Source of the DNA: Porphyridium purpureum
Taxonomy: Eukaryota
DNA: 64,000 bases
Assembly: GCA_008690995.1 (NCBI GenBank)
Contig: VRMN01000002.1
Span: forward strand, 1,736,001 to 1,800,000
Reading direction: 5' to 3'
Program-made: the position numbers and the translations under genes
In this document: piece by piece, positions 41,021 through 51,201 of the stretch
How the letters are laid out: each line of letters opens with the position of its first letter
Position numbering within the stretch: position 1 is the stretch's first letter
Notes under the pieces: generated by a model
Told to the model about the DNA's origin: nothing
Databases searched by the model: none
Seen by the model: only the letters and a program-made list of their open reading frames with translations

Positions 41021-42166
41021 ATGGGGAAGCGGGTCGAGCCCAGCAAGAAGCGGGCCCCCGCAGTAAGGTCAAAAGCAGGCAAGCTTGGAAAGACAGGGCA
41101 GAACGCGACGAAGCGCGTGACTCGGAAAGGAAAGCGCGTGCTGCAGGAGCGTGCGGGCAAGCACAAGGAAAATGCAAAGAAGGTGCTCGTTCTCAAGGGG
41201 CGGAGTGGAAGCGAGGTGATCAACAATGTGCTCAGAGAATTGCAATTGCTCAAGGCGCCGCTCTGCTGCAGGCTGCAACGCAAAAATGATATCTTGCCTT
41301 TCGAGTCCGGGAAAGACGGGCTGCTTGAGTCCCTCGCGCGAAAGTACGACTGTTCGTTGTTCGCAATGGGCTCGCATAGCAAGAAAAGACCGCACAATCT
41401 TGTTTTGGGCAGAATGTTTGACTTTTCCGTGCTCGACATGGTCGAGTTTGGCGTTGAGCAACTCAAGGGCATTCACGCGTTCGGCGGCGCAGCAAAGTTT
41501 GCACCGGGCACGAAGCCCATGATTGTGTTTAATGGCGACGATTATGAGCGTTCGCAGCTCACAGCCAAGATCAAGAACTTGCTGCTGGACTTTTTGCGCG
41601 GTGAGGAAATGGAGGCTTTGGATTTGACTGGTTTGGACCGCGTCATTGTTTGCACACTGCTGCCAGAGGAGCAACAAGCTGGGTTGGACCAGCCACAAAG
41701 TCCAAGTGCTGTGGTTGCCATCAACCAGTTCCGTGTAGAATTACTCAAGAATCCAGATGCACCAAAGGTGCCCAAGTCTCGGCTCGTCGATGCCGGACCC
41801 AGCATGATTCTACGAGCGCGCCGCTCTCAGTTTGCCAGCGACGAGCTGTACCGCTCTGCGCTTCGACGGTCCAAAGAAAATAAGCAGAAAAGCAAGAAGA
41901 ACATCTCACACGATGTGTTTGGTGACGAGCTTGGCCGTATTCATCTTGGCAAGCAAGATCTTGGCCAGTTGGTCACTGCACGTCCTAAGGCCCTCAAGAA
42001 GTCGAGATCGGACGGTGAGGGAAGCAATGGTTATGTTCAGAATGCAAACGAGGAGGATTCTGAAATGGACGGAGGTTCTCAGCTTGAGTTTGAAGACGAT
42101 AGTGCTGATGACGGCCAGGATGGCAGTCTAGATTCAAACTCGGACTCGGACGCAGATTCAAGTTAG
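41021..42166 (+). CDS. RPF2: ribosome production factor 2 (Brix domain)
   Basis: ENAKK, KNDILPFE, DCSLF.MGSHSKKRPHNLVLGRMFD...LDMVEFG, KPM, KNLLLDF, KKNISHD..G...GRIHLGKQ. Confidence 0.93.
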   Translation: MGKRVEPSKKRAPAVRSKAGKLGKTGQNATKRVTRKGKRVLQERAGKHKENAKKVLVLKGRSGSEVINNVLRELQLLKAPLCCRLQRKNDILPFESGKDGLLESLARKYDCSLFAMGSHSKKRPHNLVLGRMFDFSVLDMVEFGVEQLKGIHAFGGAAKFAPGTKPMIVFNGDDYERSQLTAKIKNLLLDFLRGEEMEALDLTGLDRVIVCTLLPEEQQAGLDQPQSPSAVVAINQFRVELLKNPDAPKVPKSRLVDAGPSMILRARRSQFASDELYRSALRRSKENKQKSKKNISHDVFGDELGRIHLGKQDLGQLVTARPKALKKSRSDGEGSNGYVQNANEEDSEMDGGSQLEFEDDSADDGQDGSLDSNSDSDADSS

Positions 42167-42599
42167 AGCAAGGAAATTAATTTTTCTTTCTTCTTAAATT
42201 CTGAGGGGAGTCATCGGCATGTCTCGCGTAAGCCAGAATTTTCCGACGCAACTAATCGTTGTTGCTGCACGTACGATAAAGTTTCGAGCACGATGAAAGA
42301 GCCTTGACTGTCATGGGAGCAATGAAGCCGCGTTCCTTCTGCATATCCACGTGAATCATCCACACCTACCGAAGTCACATTTGCCTCCCAGATCTTGCCA
42401 TACACGCGGCGTATCAAATCCAAATTGGACAGCAAAGGATCAAGGGAAACTAGGTCTGTGTCGAGCTCGTCGAGTCCGCATCAACTTTGAGAAGGAGCAG
42501 AGTTATGCTGTTCTGATCTCTCACGCCTCGCTCTTGGGTTGCGCCGGCGTGTGAGGGAAGACCACGCGCTGCACTGGACGACTTCGAAGATTGGTCATC

Positions 42600-43616
42600 A
42601 TGTTTATTGTTTCGCAGACCGTGTTCTGCCCACGTGCGTGCTTGCGAGTCAAAAGGGACGATGCTGAGCGCGCATTCTCCGAGACTAGCGTGCGCAGTCC
42701 CTCACTCGCAGCCGGCACGGCGTCGACAAGGGTTTCCTACTTGTCCATGAAAAGCGGACGCTCGGGTGCGAACGAAAAGGTGCGGCTTCAAGCCGTGCGA
42801 AGTGGGGGAAAGGGCAGTAGTAAAAGTAGAGGTGATGTCGGAGGGTCTTCTAGGCCCCTGAATCGACAGAGACGGCCATCTAAGCGCAGTGAGCAAGCTG
42901 ATGCCGACATCATTGGCGCCTCGCAAGACGCGACAGAAGTAGCGCGCGAAGTTGCAGCACCGGCCCAAGTGTATCCGCGAGAAAATATGCAGAGATCAGA
43001 CGTCGAGTTTATTGGCTCATTCGCAGACCACGTGCCCGTGGTGCTTTCGAAGCCCTCCTCATCCGAAGTGGTACCTGAAGTAGCATTCGCAGGACGGTCG
43101 AATGTTGGCAAGTCATCGCTGTTGAACATGATGTGCAAGCGCAAAAGCGCAGCTCGCACGTCCAAGACTCCTGGTCGCACGCAGAACATCAACTTGTTTT
43201 TGGTCAAGGACTTGAAAGCTCGCGTGTATAGTATGGTAGACCTTCCCGGCTATGGCTTTGCCAAAATGAGCAAGTCGCTTCAGAAGCAGTCATCGGACTT
43301 CATTGCGAACTATCTCGCGAGTCGCGAGGCCTTGCGGTTGGTTGTTTTGCTGGTCGATATCCGCGTTCCACCGCAAGATGCCGATATAGGAGCCATGGAT
43401 CTGCTCGCCGAGCTCGATTTGCCATTTCTTGTTGCCGCCACAAAGGTGGACAAGATTCGAGCAAGTGAGCGCGCAGCGCTCGTGAAGGGGTATGCGGAGG
43501 CCGTGCGCTTGGATGCGGAAACCATTCTTATGCTGAGCTCTCAAACTGGTGAAGGTAAGCAGGCGCTACAGGCCGCAATGCTTGACGCGCTCTTTTCGGA
43601 GCTTGATAAGCAATAG
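42600..43616 (+). CDS. engB: EngB/YihA/YsxC-family GTPase, organelle-targeted
   Basis: PEVAFAGRSNVGKSSLLN, SKTPGRTQ, DLPGYG, TKVDK. Confidence 0.92.
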   Translation: MFIVSQTVFCPRACLRVKRDDAERAFSETSVRSPSLAAGTASTRVSYLSMKSGRSGANEKVRLQAVRSGGKGSSKSRGDVGGSSRPLNRQRRPSKRSEQADADIIGASQDATEVAREVAAPAQVYPRENMQRSDVEFIGSFADHVPVVLSKPSSSEVVPEVAFAGRSNVGKSSLLNMMCKRKSAARTSKTPGRTQNINLFLVKDLKARVYSMVDLPGYGFAKMSKSLQKQSSDFIANYLASREALRLVVLLVDIRVPPQDADIGAMDLLAELDLPFLVAATKVDKIRASERAALVKGYAEAVRLDAETILMLSSQTGEGKQALQAAMLDALFSELDKQ

Positions 43617-43672
43617 CGCACGCGAGAGCTGTGCCACTTTGATGACGCGTAAACCTCTTGGCAAATATTGCT

Positions 43673-45025
43673 CTACGTCAAATGATCAATTTGGAGCGGC
43701 GACACACGTGCGTGGCACTGGAAAAGGATGCGTGAAAAAGTATCTGCCACGCGGCGGGCGAAATTCGGCTGCGAGTCATGTTTCTCGAGAACCGCATGCA
43801 GCTCGTCATACATACCGCAGAAGTCGCGCACGTTCACGAGCCGGAAATTGTAAAGCCTGCCTGGCTTGAGATCTGGCCGTTTATGGTCGCCATCACTCTC
43901 ATGAGCTTGGTCACATGCCGTGTCTTCACCGCGACAAATGTCGTCTGATGTGGCTTTGACCTCAGACACGGCGGCCAGCGCGTGCGGGGGGACATCGCCG
44001 GTCACTAGCATGCCTACATGATCCAGAGACAGTGTGATAATGAGCGGCAGCGATTCAGGTGGGGCTTGCGGGTCCAATGGCGGCTCCGGCAGTGTCTCAA
44101 TGTAGTATGGAGACGAATGTACGTCCTTCCACAGGAGCACGAGCGGCGACGGGCCTAACACGTAGTACGATTCCTTTTCATAGAACATGAGTCCATCTTG
44201 ATGAAATCGAATGGACGGATCCAGCATGGAGGGAATCGCGCGGCTCCAGTCATCGCGGACCGCCGCCGATATCGTGTCGTTGTGATAGCACGCCCGGATA
44301 TGTTCCGCATCTGCTGGATAGAATGGCACAAATACAGGGAGCAGAGTATCAGCGTCTGAAGACGCATCGTCGTCGTACAAACTCTCGTGATTGGACGCGA
44401 GCCAGTGCATGCGAAACTCAGCCGTGCAGTCGTAGAGAGACATGCCGTTCCACATCATGACGTCAAGTACAAAAACCAGATTTCTCTCCTCGTACTGCCC
44501 CGCATATGGTACGACGCAGTCCAAAATGGTGGTGTCTCGCATCTCGCGGAACGCGTGGGGCACGTTTGCCGCGCTGTATCGGCGCATCACCTTTCCGTGC
44601 TTGTTCATCAAAACCACGCCTCGACTCGCTCGCTCTGCGATCAGAATCGCGTGCTTCCCGTCCGGGCGGGCCCGCACGTACCACATATCATGCAGGTTGT
44701 CTGGAGCATCCACCATCCAGTCCGGAAGCATGAGAGGCATCTCCCACATTCGCTGGCGCTTTTGTTGAGGCTTTGCTAGCCTTTTCATTTCCTCAGAATC
44801 TGCACTGCCAGGATGCGCTTCATCCTGCAGTGACTTTTCCTCTTGCGCGTGCGTAGGTGCATGCTCACTCCAACGCACAGCGCTGCGTAGGGCCGCAATC
44901 AATGCGTCCCGTCGCTCCTGCTGCCGTTCCTGGAAAGCTAAGCGTGCGCTCTCCAGCCGCGCACGCGCATCCGCATACCTCCGCGCCTTATACTCCCGGC
45001 CGCTCGAACTTTCTGTCGACGCCAT
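43673..45025 (-). CDS. SNUPN: snurportin-1 (m3G-cap binding import adaptor)
   Basis: IBB-like QQERRDAL, LMLPDWMVDAP...WYVRARPDGK, TILDC, VLDVMMWNG...YDCTAEFR, DGLMFY...GPSPLVLLWKD. An upstream in-frame ATG at 45304 is possible. Confidence 0.85.
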   Translation of the reverse strand: MASTESSSGREYKARRYADARARLESARLAFQERQQERRDALIAALRSAVRWSEHAPTHAQEEKSLQDEAHPGSADSEEMKRLAKPQQKRQRMWEMPLMLPDWMVDAPDNLHDMWYVRARPDGKHAILIAERASRGVVLMNKHGKVMRRYSAANVPHAFREMRDTTILDCVVPYAGQYEERNLVFVLDVMMWNGMSLYDCTAEFRMHWLASNHESLYDDDASSDADTLLPVFVPFYPADAEHIRACYHNDTISAAVRDDWSRAIPSMLDPSIRFHQDGLMFYEKESYYVLGPSPLVLLWKDVHSSPYYIETLPEPPLDPQAPPESLPLIITLSLDHVGMLVTGDVPPHALAAVSEVKATSDDICRGEDTACDQAHESDGDHKRPDLKPGRLYNFRLVNVRDFCGMYDELHAVLEKHDSQPNFARRVADTFSRILFQCHARVSPLQIDHLT

Positions 45026-45357
45026 GCTCCTTCTCTGTCCTCGTACTATCACTTGCTCACACCAAACACCGCCGAGAGACAGGTCCAATTTGTCAAGCGA
45101 CTCACCCAAGCTGTCGGTACCGGAAAGGAGCAACTGGTGCTGATTACCATTTCCGTGACGACGTACCTCGACCCAAGCAGGTATTCTTTTCAAGCGCTGC
45201 AAATGGTCAAGACAGATCCAGAGACAGCCGGCGCAGCCGCAAAACAAGACGAGTCGACGCCGGTACTCCAACTCTTCCTCATCACCATCCAGAAGACGCC
45301 ACATTTTTCGTTCCGCGCCATTTCGAAAGCATGACCACCTCTGCTAGGATTACATTC

Positions 45358-45426
45358 AAAGATGAAAATATATCATCTTTAAGTCTTGATCAGGACATAA
45401 TGTCATCTCTGTACTCTGAGATGACA
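45358..45426. other. cluster of three adjacent inverted repeats
   Basis: AAAGATGA-7nt-TCATCTTT; GTCTTGATCAGGAC (near-palindrome); TGTCATCTC-8nt-GAGATGACA. Confidence 0.7.
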
Positions 45427-46643
45427 CTGTCGAAGCGTGCTTGAGCAGGTGCCGAGCGACGACAGCGACAACGGCTCAAGGAATGTGGCCGTCAGCACAT
45501 CTGCGTTCGGCTTGCAGACGACTTGGATACTGCAGCGACTGACGTTGACGAAATATCAGAACGGAACAAGTCAGTTTACGATTTCCTCCAGTTGATGACG
45601 GGCATGCTTGCTTCTCACGTAGACTTGGTTCGCGTTGCACAACTGATCGAGCACTGCGCGCCACGCGCAAGTCAAAAGGTGAAAGAAACTGGGTCCGCAG
45701 ATTGCAAACGCCATGCGTGAAGTAGCCTTCACCACGCACAAGAGACTGAGCCATCTTGCAGATGAAGCACTAGGATACATCCAAAGCTGTCGTTTACAAG
45801 AGCCTCCGATTCGTGGTGGTGGGAGCCTAATTTCTCCTCGAGCTCCCTAAGAGAATGCCAGAATGCTTGAACGAGGCGTGCCTTCTGCAGATTTGGCCAT
45901 CTAGGCGGCTCAACTCGGTCTTTTCTAACACGATCAAGTTGGAACCAGGTTTCGTAGCCCAACGCATTCGGGAAAGTGGCAGAGCGTGCGAAAATTGAAG
46001 CGCCGCACAACACTGCCCCGTTGTAGAGGCGCGTCTTCTGGGAATCGGCGGCGTCAATTATGAAAGAGAAGACACCGTCGGTCCGTGCATGCGATGCCGG
46101 ACGCGGCAAGAAGCAGCGTGCGGAACCATCGCTGTTTGAGGTTGGCACTTGACTGAATGACGTTCGGGCCACAGTCAAACCGACCAGAAGCGCGCTCACA
46201 TGAAGAGCAGGTTGAGGTACAGTGTACTATGAGCGTGAGTACAGCGCGCTATGAAATCGCAATTGAGTTTGCAATGAACGCAGCCAAAAGCGGCAAGTAG
46301 CAAGAGACCAAGTGGATGATGTGCGTGCGCGTGCAATTGGGAGCTGTGTGCAGGCTTGAGGGGGGGATGTCTGTCTGTCGGGACGGACGCATACATGGAT
46401 GGGTAGGTTCGTGGGTCGGTGTATAAATCATGTGTGCGATGGCATGACCCCTGTAGTGGCGGAGATGTCTGGCGTCAGGGCTTGGATCGCGTCGGTGAAG
46501 AGATACAACAGATAACGCGCTGCTGCGAATTTAGTGCCTGTGGATGTGTCTATGTGCCAGTGCATGAGGGAGTGTGGATAGGATTGGTGGTGCGCTTGGA
46601 AGTGTGGCAAGTAGGAGAGCAAAGAACAAGGGTCCGAGGAAGG

Positions 46644-47807
46644 ATGGCCGGGTATGGACGTGTGCGGCGTCGTGGTTTGTCTGTGACGGTGAAGATTCTG
46701 GGTTTTCTGGGATGTGCCTTGTATGCATTCTCGGTGAATGCAATTCCGATGGACACTTCGGCCGCTGCGCTGCGGGAGTACTATTCAAAGTACAAGGACT
46801 CGACGACGCTTGGCGATGACATGATGGCTAATTTTGCCAGCCAGGCTTCGTCCGAGCAGCGGTACCAGAATGCGGACCCCGAGTTGTTTGCCGAGGTGGC
46901 AGAGAATGCACGTTCCGAAAGTGAGCTCAAGCAGATCGCCGCGCATTCCAACAAGCAAGCGACATCGGCCTCTGAATTCGTGGGCGACATTGCAGGTTTC
47001 TTTTCGCACATGTTTGACTGGGGTTCTCGCAATAGTCAGGAGAGCAACATCGGTCTTCAGCACGCCTCTGCAGACAGTGTTGATGTCCAGAGACAGGCGG
47101 AATCCGCTCTTGGCCGGGCGTCAAACCAAAACTCTGCAGCTGCTGGAGAGGCATCAGATGGTCGCTCCCATGGCTCAATGGACTTTGCGAAACGCGCGGC
47201 CAAAGCGTACAGCATGGGCAAGCTTGCCGTTGAGTATGAGAGCAACGTCGAAGATGATAATGGCGATTTCGGCTCGTTGTTTCTGGACGGCAGTCGGCGG
47301 GGTACGCGCAAGGACGTTGACCAACTCGTCCAAGAGGACACTAGTCTGGAGCGCGAATTGCGTCACGCTGGATTCGAGCTGGACGCCTCCACCGCTCAGC
47401 GACAAAACGCGGAGCATCCCCGGAAGCGAGTCGAAGAGCCCCAAGCGGTTCCACTGGGTAGCACGGACGTGAGCAAGCCGTGGAGCGGTGCGCTGGGTGC
47501 ACGCACGCGCCGCAACGCTCGGCACTTGAGCAACGAGTATTTGATCAACGAAGAGCATGGGTTGCGTGGGTTGGATGACCCAACCATGGAGGCACTCGCA
47601 GTGCAGCGCGCGCTGCTGGACGACTACAACGACGGGCTGTCCAAGTTGCAGCAGCTGCGAAACCGCATCCATGATCTGAACATGATGCACGAGATGATGA
47701 CCCACTCACTTGAGAACATGAATGAAATTATTGAAAACATGGGTGACCGCATGGCTGATACTATTATCAACCAGAAACAGATGTTACTCGAGCAGCAGCC
47801 ACATTGA
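46644..47807 (+). CDS. secreted or membrane-anchored hypothetical protein with a C-terminal coiled coil
   Basis: Signal-peptide-like ILGFLGCALYAFSVNA; long ORF with coding-like composition; no family recognised. Confidence 0.7.
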   Translation: MAGYGRVRRRGLSVTVKILGFLGCALYAFSVNAIPMDTSAAALREYYSKYKDSTTLGDDMMANFASQASSEQRYQNADPELFAEVAENARSESELKQIAAHSNKQATSASEFVGDIAGFFSHMFDWGSRNSQESNIGLQHASADSVDVQRQAESALGRASNQNSAAAGEASDGRSHGSMDFAKRAAKAYSMGKLAVEYESNVEDDNGDFGSLFLDGSRRGTRKDVDQLVQEDTSLERELRHAGFELDASTAQRQNAEHPRKRVEEPQAVPLGSTDVSKPWSGALGARTRRNARHLSNEYLINEEHGLRGLDDPTMEALAVQRALLDDYNDGLSKLQQLRNRIHDLNMMHEMMTHSLENMNEIIENMGDRMADTIINQKQMLLEQQPH

Positions 47808-47885
47808 CTTCGCTTTGTTGTCATCACAAGTAAACTAAATTCAATTTGTGTTGCCGAGTTGTCAGGGAGCCTACACCTATGCGCT

Positions 47886-48419
47886 TTACCCTTCGTACGT
47901 GGACGGAAAGGCGCTTCTTCGCAAAATTTCAATGGAACCGTTCGGCCTTACTCTCAGGCGACCATCGTTCTGCCCATCCCTCAAAATGCCCTTGATCAAA
48001 TTCGAGCTCAAGCCCAATCCAATGCATGAAGTACACACCAACGATCCGCGGCCTTGGCAATTTGGGCACGGCGTCGCATAATCGACCACACTGTCCTGCA
48101 CCTGGAAAGCGCCGCTGCCTCGGCAGAAATCGCACATGACTGTGCCTGTGCCCTGACAGGTCAAGCAGAGATCCTCTTTCTTCCACGGGAAGCTGGATTC
48201 CTCTTCCTCCGCCAGGGATTCCCTTGCCGAGCCACCAAGCCCAACCACCCACGCAAAGAGTAGCCCACGCAGCACCTGCTTCCTCGACACGACACGCGTA
48301 TGCTGCGGTCCTTCACTGGGGCCAGAGCACATGTACGCAAAACGTCGCGCACACAAGGCAGGACGACGTGACGCGACGCGCGAACATCGCGGCCATACCG
48401 CGTGCCCAACAAACGCCAT
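47886..48419 (-). CDS. DnaJ-type zinc-finger thylakoid protein, PSA2-like
   Basis: Four CxxCxGxG repeats ending CPNCQGRGSLVCTSCIGLG...KGILR; bipartite transit peptide (MAFV... SRKQVL...SLA/EE). Confidence 0.75.
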   Translation of the reverse strand: MAFVGHAVWPRCSRVASRRPALCARRFAYMCSGPSEGPQHTRVVSRKQVLRGLLFAWVVGLGGSARESLAEEEESSFPWKKEDLCLTCQGTGTVMCDFCRGSGAFQVQDSVVDYATPCPNCQGRGSLVCTSCIGLGLSSNLIKGILRDGQNDGRLRVRPNGSIEILRRSAFPSTYEG

Positions 48420-48832
48420 AATCTCTGTTAATCTGCAGGACGGCTCACTCGACACGAGTAGACCGAGGCCACATCCAAGCCAAACCCCAAGTCACACACA
48501 CACACGTTCACGCAAGTCTCACTGCCACATCCACCACCTGTTGTTCCAGCGTCTGCTGCGCCACACCGGCAGTCGTAAGCCGCATTGAATGCGCATTCTT
48601 TTGTCATCTCATAATAGAGATGACAAACGCATGCCGCATGCGCGCGGGCAGTGCTGCGCCGCGCAAAGTTGATTGAACTCGGATTTGTGTACCGCGCTGT
48701 ACCGCGGTATAGTAAACTGGGTCTATTTTATTAGACGCGATGGTGCACCACGAAAAAATGGCGCCGCGCGTGTGCCGACCCTTCGAAGGGGCTATAAGAA
48801 GGTGAATGGCGTGGTGGGTTTGATGCAGGGGA

Positions 48833-48848
48833 AGAGAGAGAGAGAGAG
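48833..48848. repeat. (AG)8 microsatellite upstream of BiP
   Basis: Visible directly; similar CT/GA runs at 29127-29144 (upstream of FANCM) and about 61868-61883 (upstream of UBC2). Confidence 0.8.
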
Positions 48849-48974
48849 AAGGTGAGAGAGAGACACATAGATACAGATCGAGAGAGACCTGAGAGTGTCG
48901 GACGTAGAGGTTGTGGACATAGATTCGTGGACGCGTGTGAGTTGACGTGGGGTATGGTGGAGGTGCCTGGAAGG

Positions 48975-50969
48975 ATGGCGAAAGGGAGGGTGGTACCCGC
49001 CGCGGCGACCGTGCTGGTCTGCGCAGCATTGGTGTGCTCGGCAGTGCACGCTGCAGCGGAAGAGAAGGATAAGGTCGGAACAGTGATTGGAATTGATCTG
49101 GGCACCACATACTCGTGCGTGGGAGTCATGAGGAATGGACAGGTGGAAATCATCGCAAATGACCAGGGGAACCGCATCACGCCGTCGTACGTGGCGTTCA
49201 CGCCAGAGGAGCGTCTGATTGGTGACGCCGCCAAGAACCAGGCCGCAATGAACCCGCAAAACACGGTCTTTGATGTGAAGAGGCTCATCGGACGCAAGTT
49301 TACGGATACGACCGTGCAGCGCGACAAAAAGCTGCTGCCGTACACTATCGTCAACCAGGGCGGGAAGCCGTACATTTCGGTGGACATCAAGGAAGGCGAG
49401 ACCAAGACCTTCTCGCCAGAAGAAATCTCAGCCATGGTGCTTGGAAAGATGAAGCTGATTGCTGAGGAGTACCTGGGAGAGAAGGTCACGCACGCCGTGG
49501 TGACGGTGCCAGCATACTTCAACGATGCTCAGCGCCAGGCGACCAAGGACGCTGGCGTGATCGCTGGCCTCACGGTCATGCGCATCATTAACGAGCCCAC
49601 CGCCGCAGCTATCGCGTACGGTCTTGACGAGAAGGGCGCCGAGAAGAATATTCTGGTCTTCGATTTGGGCGGAGGAACGTTCGACGTATCGCTGCTGACG
49701 ATCGATCAGGGCGTGTTCGAGGTGCTCGCGACAAGTGGTGACACGCACCTTGGTGGTGAGGACTTTGACCAGCGCGTAATGGACTACATGATGAAGCTCT
49801 TCAAGAAGAAGACGGGCAAGGACATGTCAAAGGACAACCGTGCAAAGGGCAAGCTGCGCCGCGAGGTCGAGAAGGCCAAGCGTGCTCTGTCTTCTCAGAC
49901 TCAGGTGCGTGTCGAAGTGGAGAACCTATTCGATGGTGAAGACCTGTCCGAGACACTTACCCGCGCTCGCTTTGAGGAGCTGTGCGCCGACTTGTTCAAG
50001 AAGACCATCAAGCCTGTCGAGCAAGTGCTCAAGGACTCTGGCCTGGACAAGAAGGATGTGGACGAGATTGTCATGGTGGGCGGTTCTACACGAATTCCAA
50101 AGGTGCAGGAGCTTATCAAGACATTCTTCAACGGCAAGGAGCTCAACAAGGGCGTGAATCCCGACGAGGCAGTGGCGTTTGGTGCCGCGGTGCAAGGAGG
50201 GATTCTGTCGGACAACGGTGGGGACCGCACAAAGGACATTGTTTTGCTTGATGTGACTCCGCTTTCGCTAGGTATCGAAACCGTGGGAGGAGTGATGACA
50301 AAGCTCATCAACAGGAACAGCGTCATTCCGACCAAGAAGAGCCAGGTATTCACCACATATCAGGACAATCAGCAGACCGTCACCATCCAGGTATTTGAAG
50401 GCGAGCGCGCAATGACCAAGGATTGCCATATGCTCGGCAAATTTGACCTCACCGGCATTCCACCGGCACCGCGCGGTACGCCTCAGATCGAGGTGACCTT
50501 TGAAATTGACGCGAACGGCATCATGTCCGTCAGTGCAGAGGACAAGGCAAGCAACAAGAAGGAGGCGATCACGATTACGAACGATAAGGGCCGCCTGTCC
50601 GAAGAAGAAATCGAGCGCATGGTTCGCGAGGCAGAGGAGTTTGCCGAGGAGGACGCTGCGTTCAAGAAGAAGGTTGAGCAGAAGAACGCGCTCGAAAACT
50701 ACATTTACTCAGTTCGAAGCCAAGTCGAAGACGAGGACAAGCTCGCCGACAAGATCTCAGAAGACGATAAGGAAACTATTGTCAATGCTCTCAAGGAAGC
50801 TGAGGATTGGCTCGAGGAAAATGGTGCGGACGCGGACGGCGACGATTTTGAAACGCAGCTCAAAGATCTACAAGATATTGTCGCACCCATTGTGTCAAGC
50901 CTGTACGGCGCAGGGCAGGGCGGTGACGAGTTTGGCGGTGACTTTGAAGACGACCATGAGGAATTGTAA
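48975..50969 (+). CDS. BiP: ER luminal Hsp70 (BiP)
   Basis: Signal peptide, [29 protein letters not shown]-terminal HEEL retention-like signal. Confidence 0.97.
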   Translation: MAKGRVVPAAATVLVCAALVCSAVHAAAEEKDKVGTVIGIDLGTTYSCVGVMRNGQVEIIANDQGNRITPSYVAFTPEERLIGDAAKNQAAMNPQNTVFDVKRLIGRKFTDTTVQRDKKLLPYTIVNQGGKPYISVDIKEGETKTFSPEEISAMVLGKMKLIAEEYLGEKVTHAVVTVPAYFNDAQRQATKDAGVIAGLTVMRIINEPTAAAIAYGLDEKGAEKNILVFDLGGGTFDVSLLTIDQGVFEVLATSGDTHLGGEDFDQRVMDYMMKLFKKKTGKDMSKDNRAKGKLRREVEKAKRALSSQTQVRVEVENLFDGEDLSETLTRARFEELCADLFKKTIKPVEQVLKDSGLDKKDVDEIVMVGGSTRIPKVQELIKTFFNGKELNKGVNPDEAVAFGAAVQGGILSDNGGDRTKDIVLLDVTPLSLGIETVGGVMTKLINRNSVIPTKKSQVFTTYQDNQQTVTIQVFEGERAMTKDCHMLGKFDLTGIPPAPRGTPQIEVTFEIDANGIMSVSAEDKASNKKEAITITNDKGRLSEEEIERMVREAEEFAEEDAAFKKKVEQKNALENYIYSVRSQVEDEDKLADKISEDDKETIVNALKEAEDWLEENGADADGDDFETQLKDLQDIVAPIVSSLYGAGQGGDEFGGDFEDDHEEL

Positions 50970-51201
50970 TGTATGACGCCGGTCAGAGGACTACTTTCGC
51001 GTTCCTAAACAAAAATTTCTTACAGAATAAATGTTAGATCCAAGAAACTTCGCACAAGAATAGGCATCTTTTTGTGCTATTCCATCGATAGGACCCGCAT
51101 GAGGCAGCTCCATCCAACCCCCGAAAGTGTGGGAGAGAAACAAAACCATGCAGAAATCACAACCCAGCGCAAAGCGCCATAATTGATTTGTCGTTTCTAG
51201 G

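Noticed and set aside
40662..41177. (LYG)n N-terminal extension of the SDR, and (KPY)n, (RIN)n and (IRF)n ORFs
   Set aside because: Artefacts of a stop-free 9-bp repeat; they overlap RPF2 or the SDR, and the SDR has its own ATG at 40661.
45729..46199. 156-aa minus-strand ORF
   Set aside because: Non-ATG start and no recognisable family; left uncalled.
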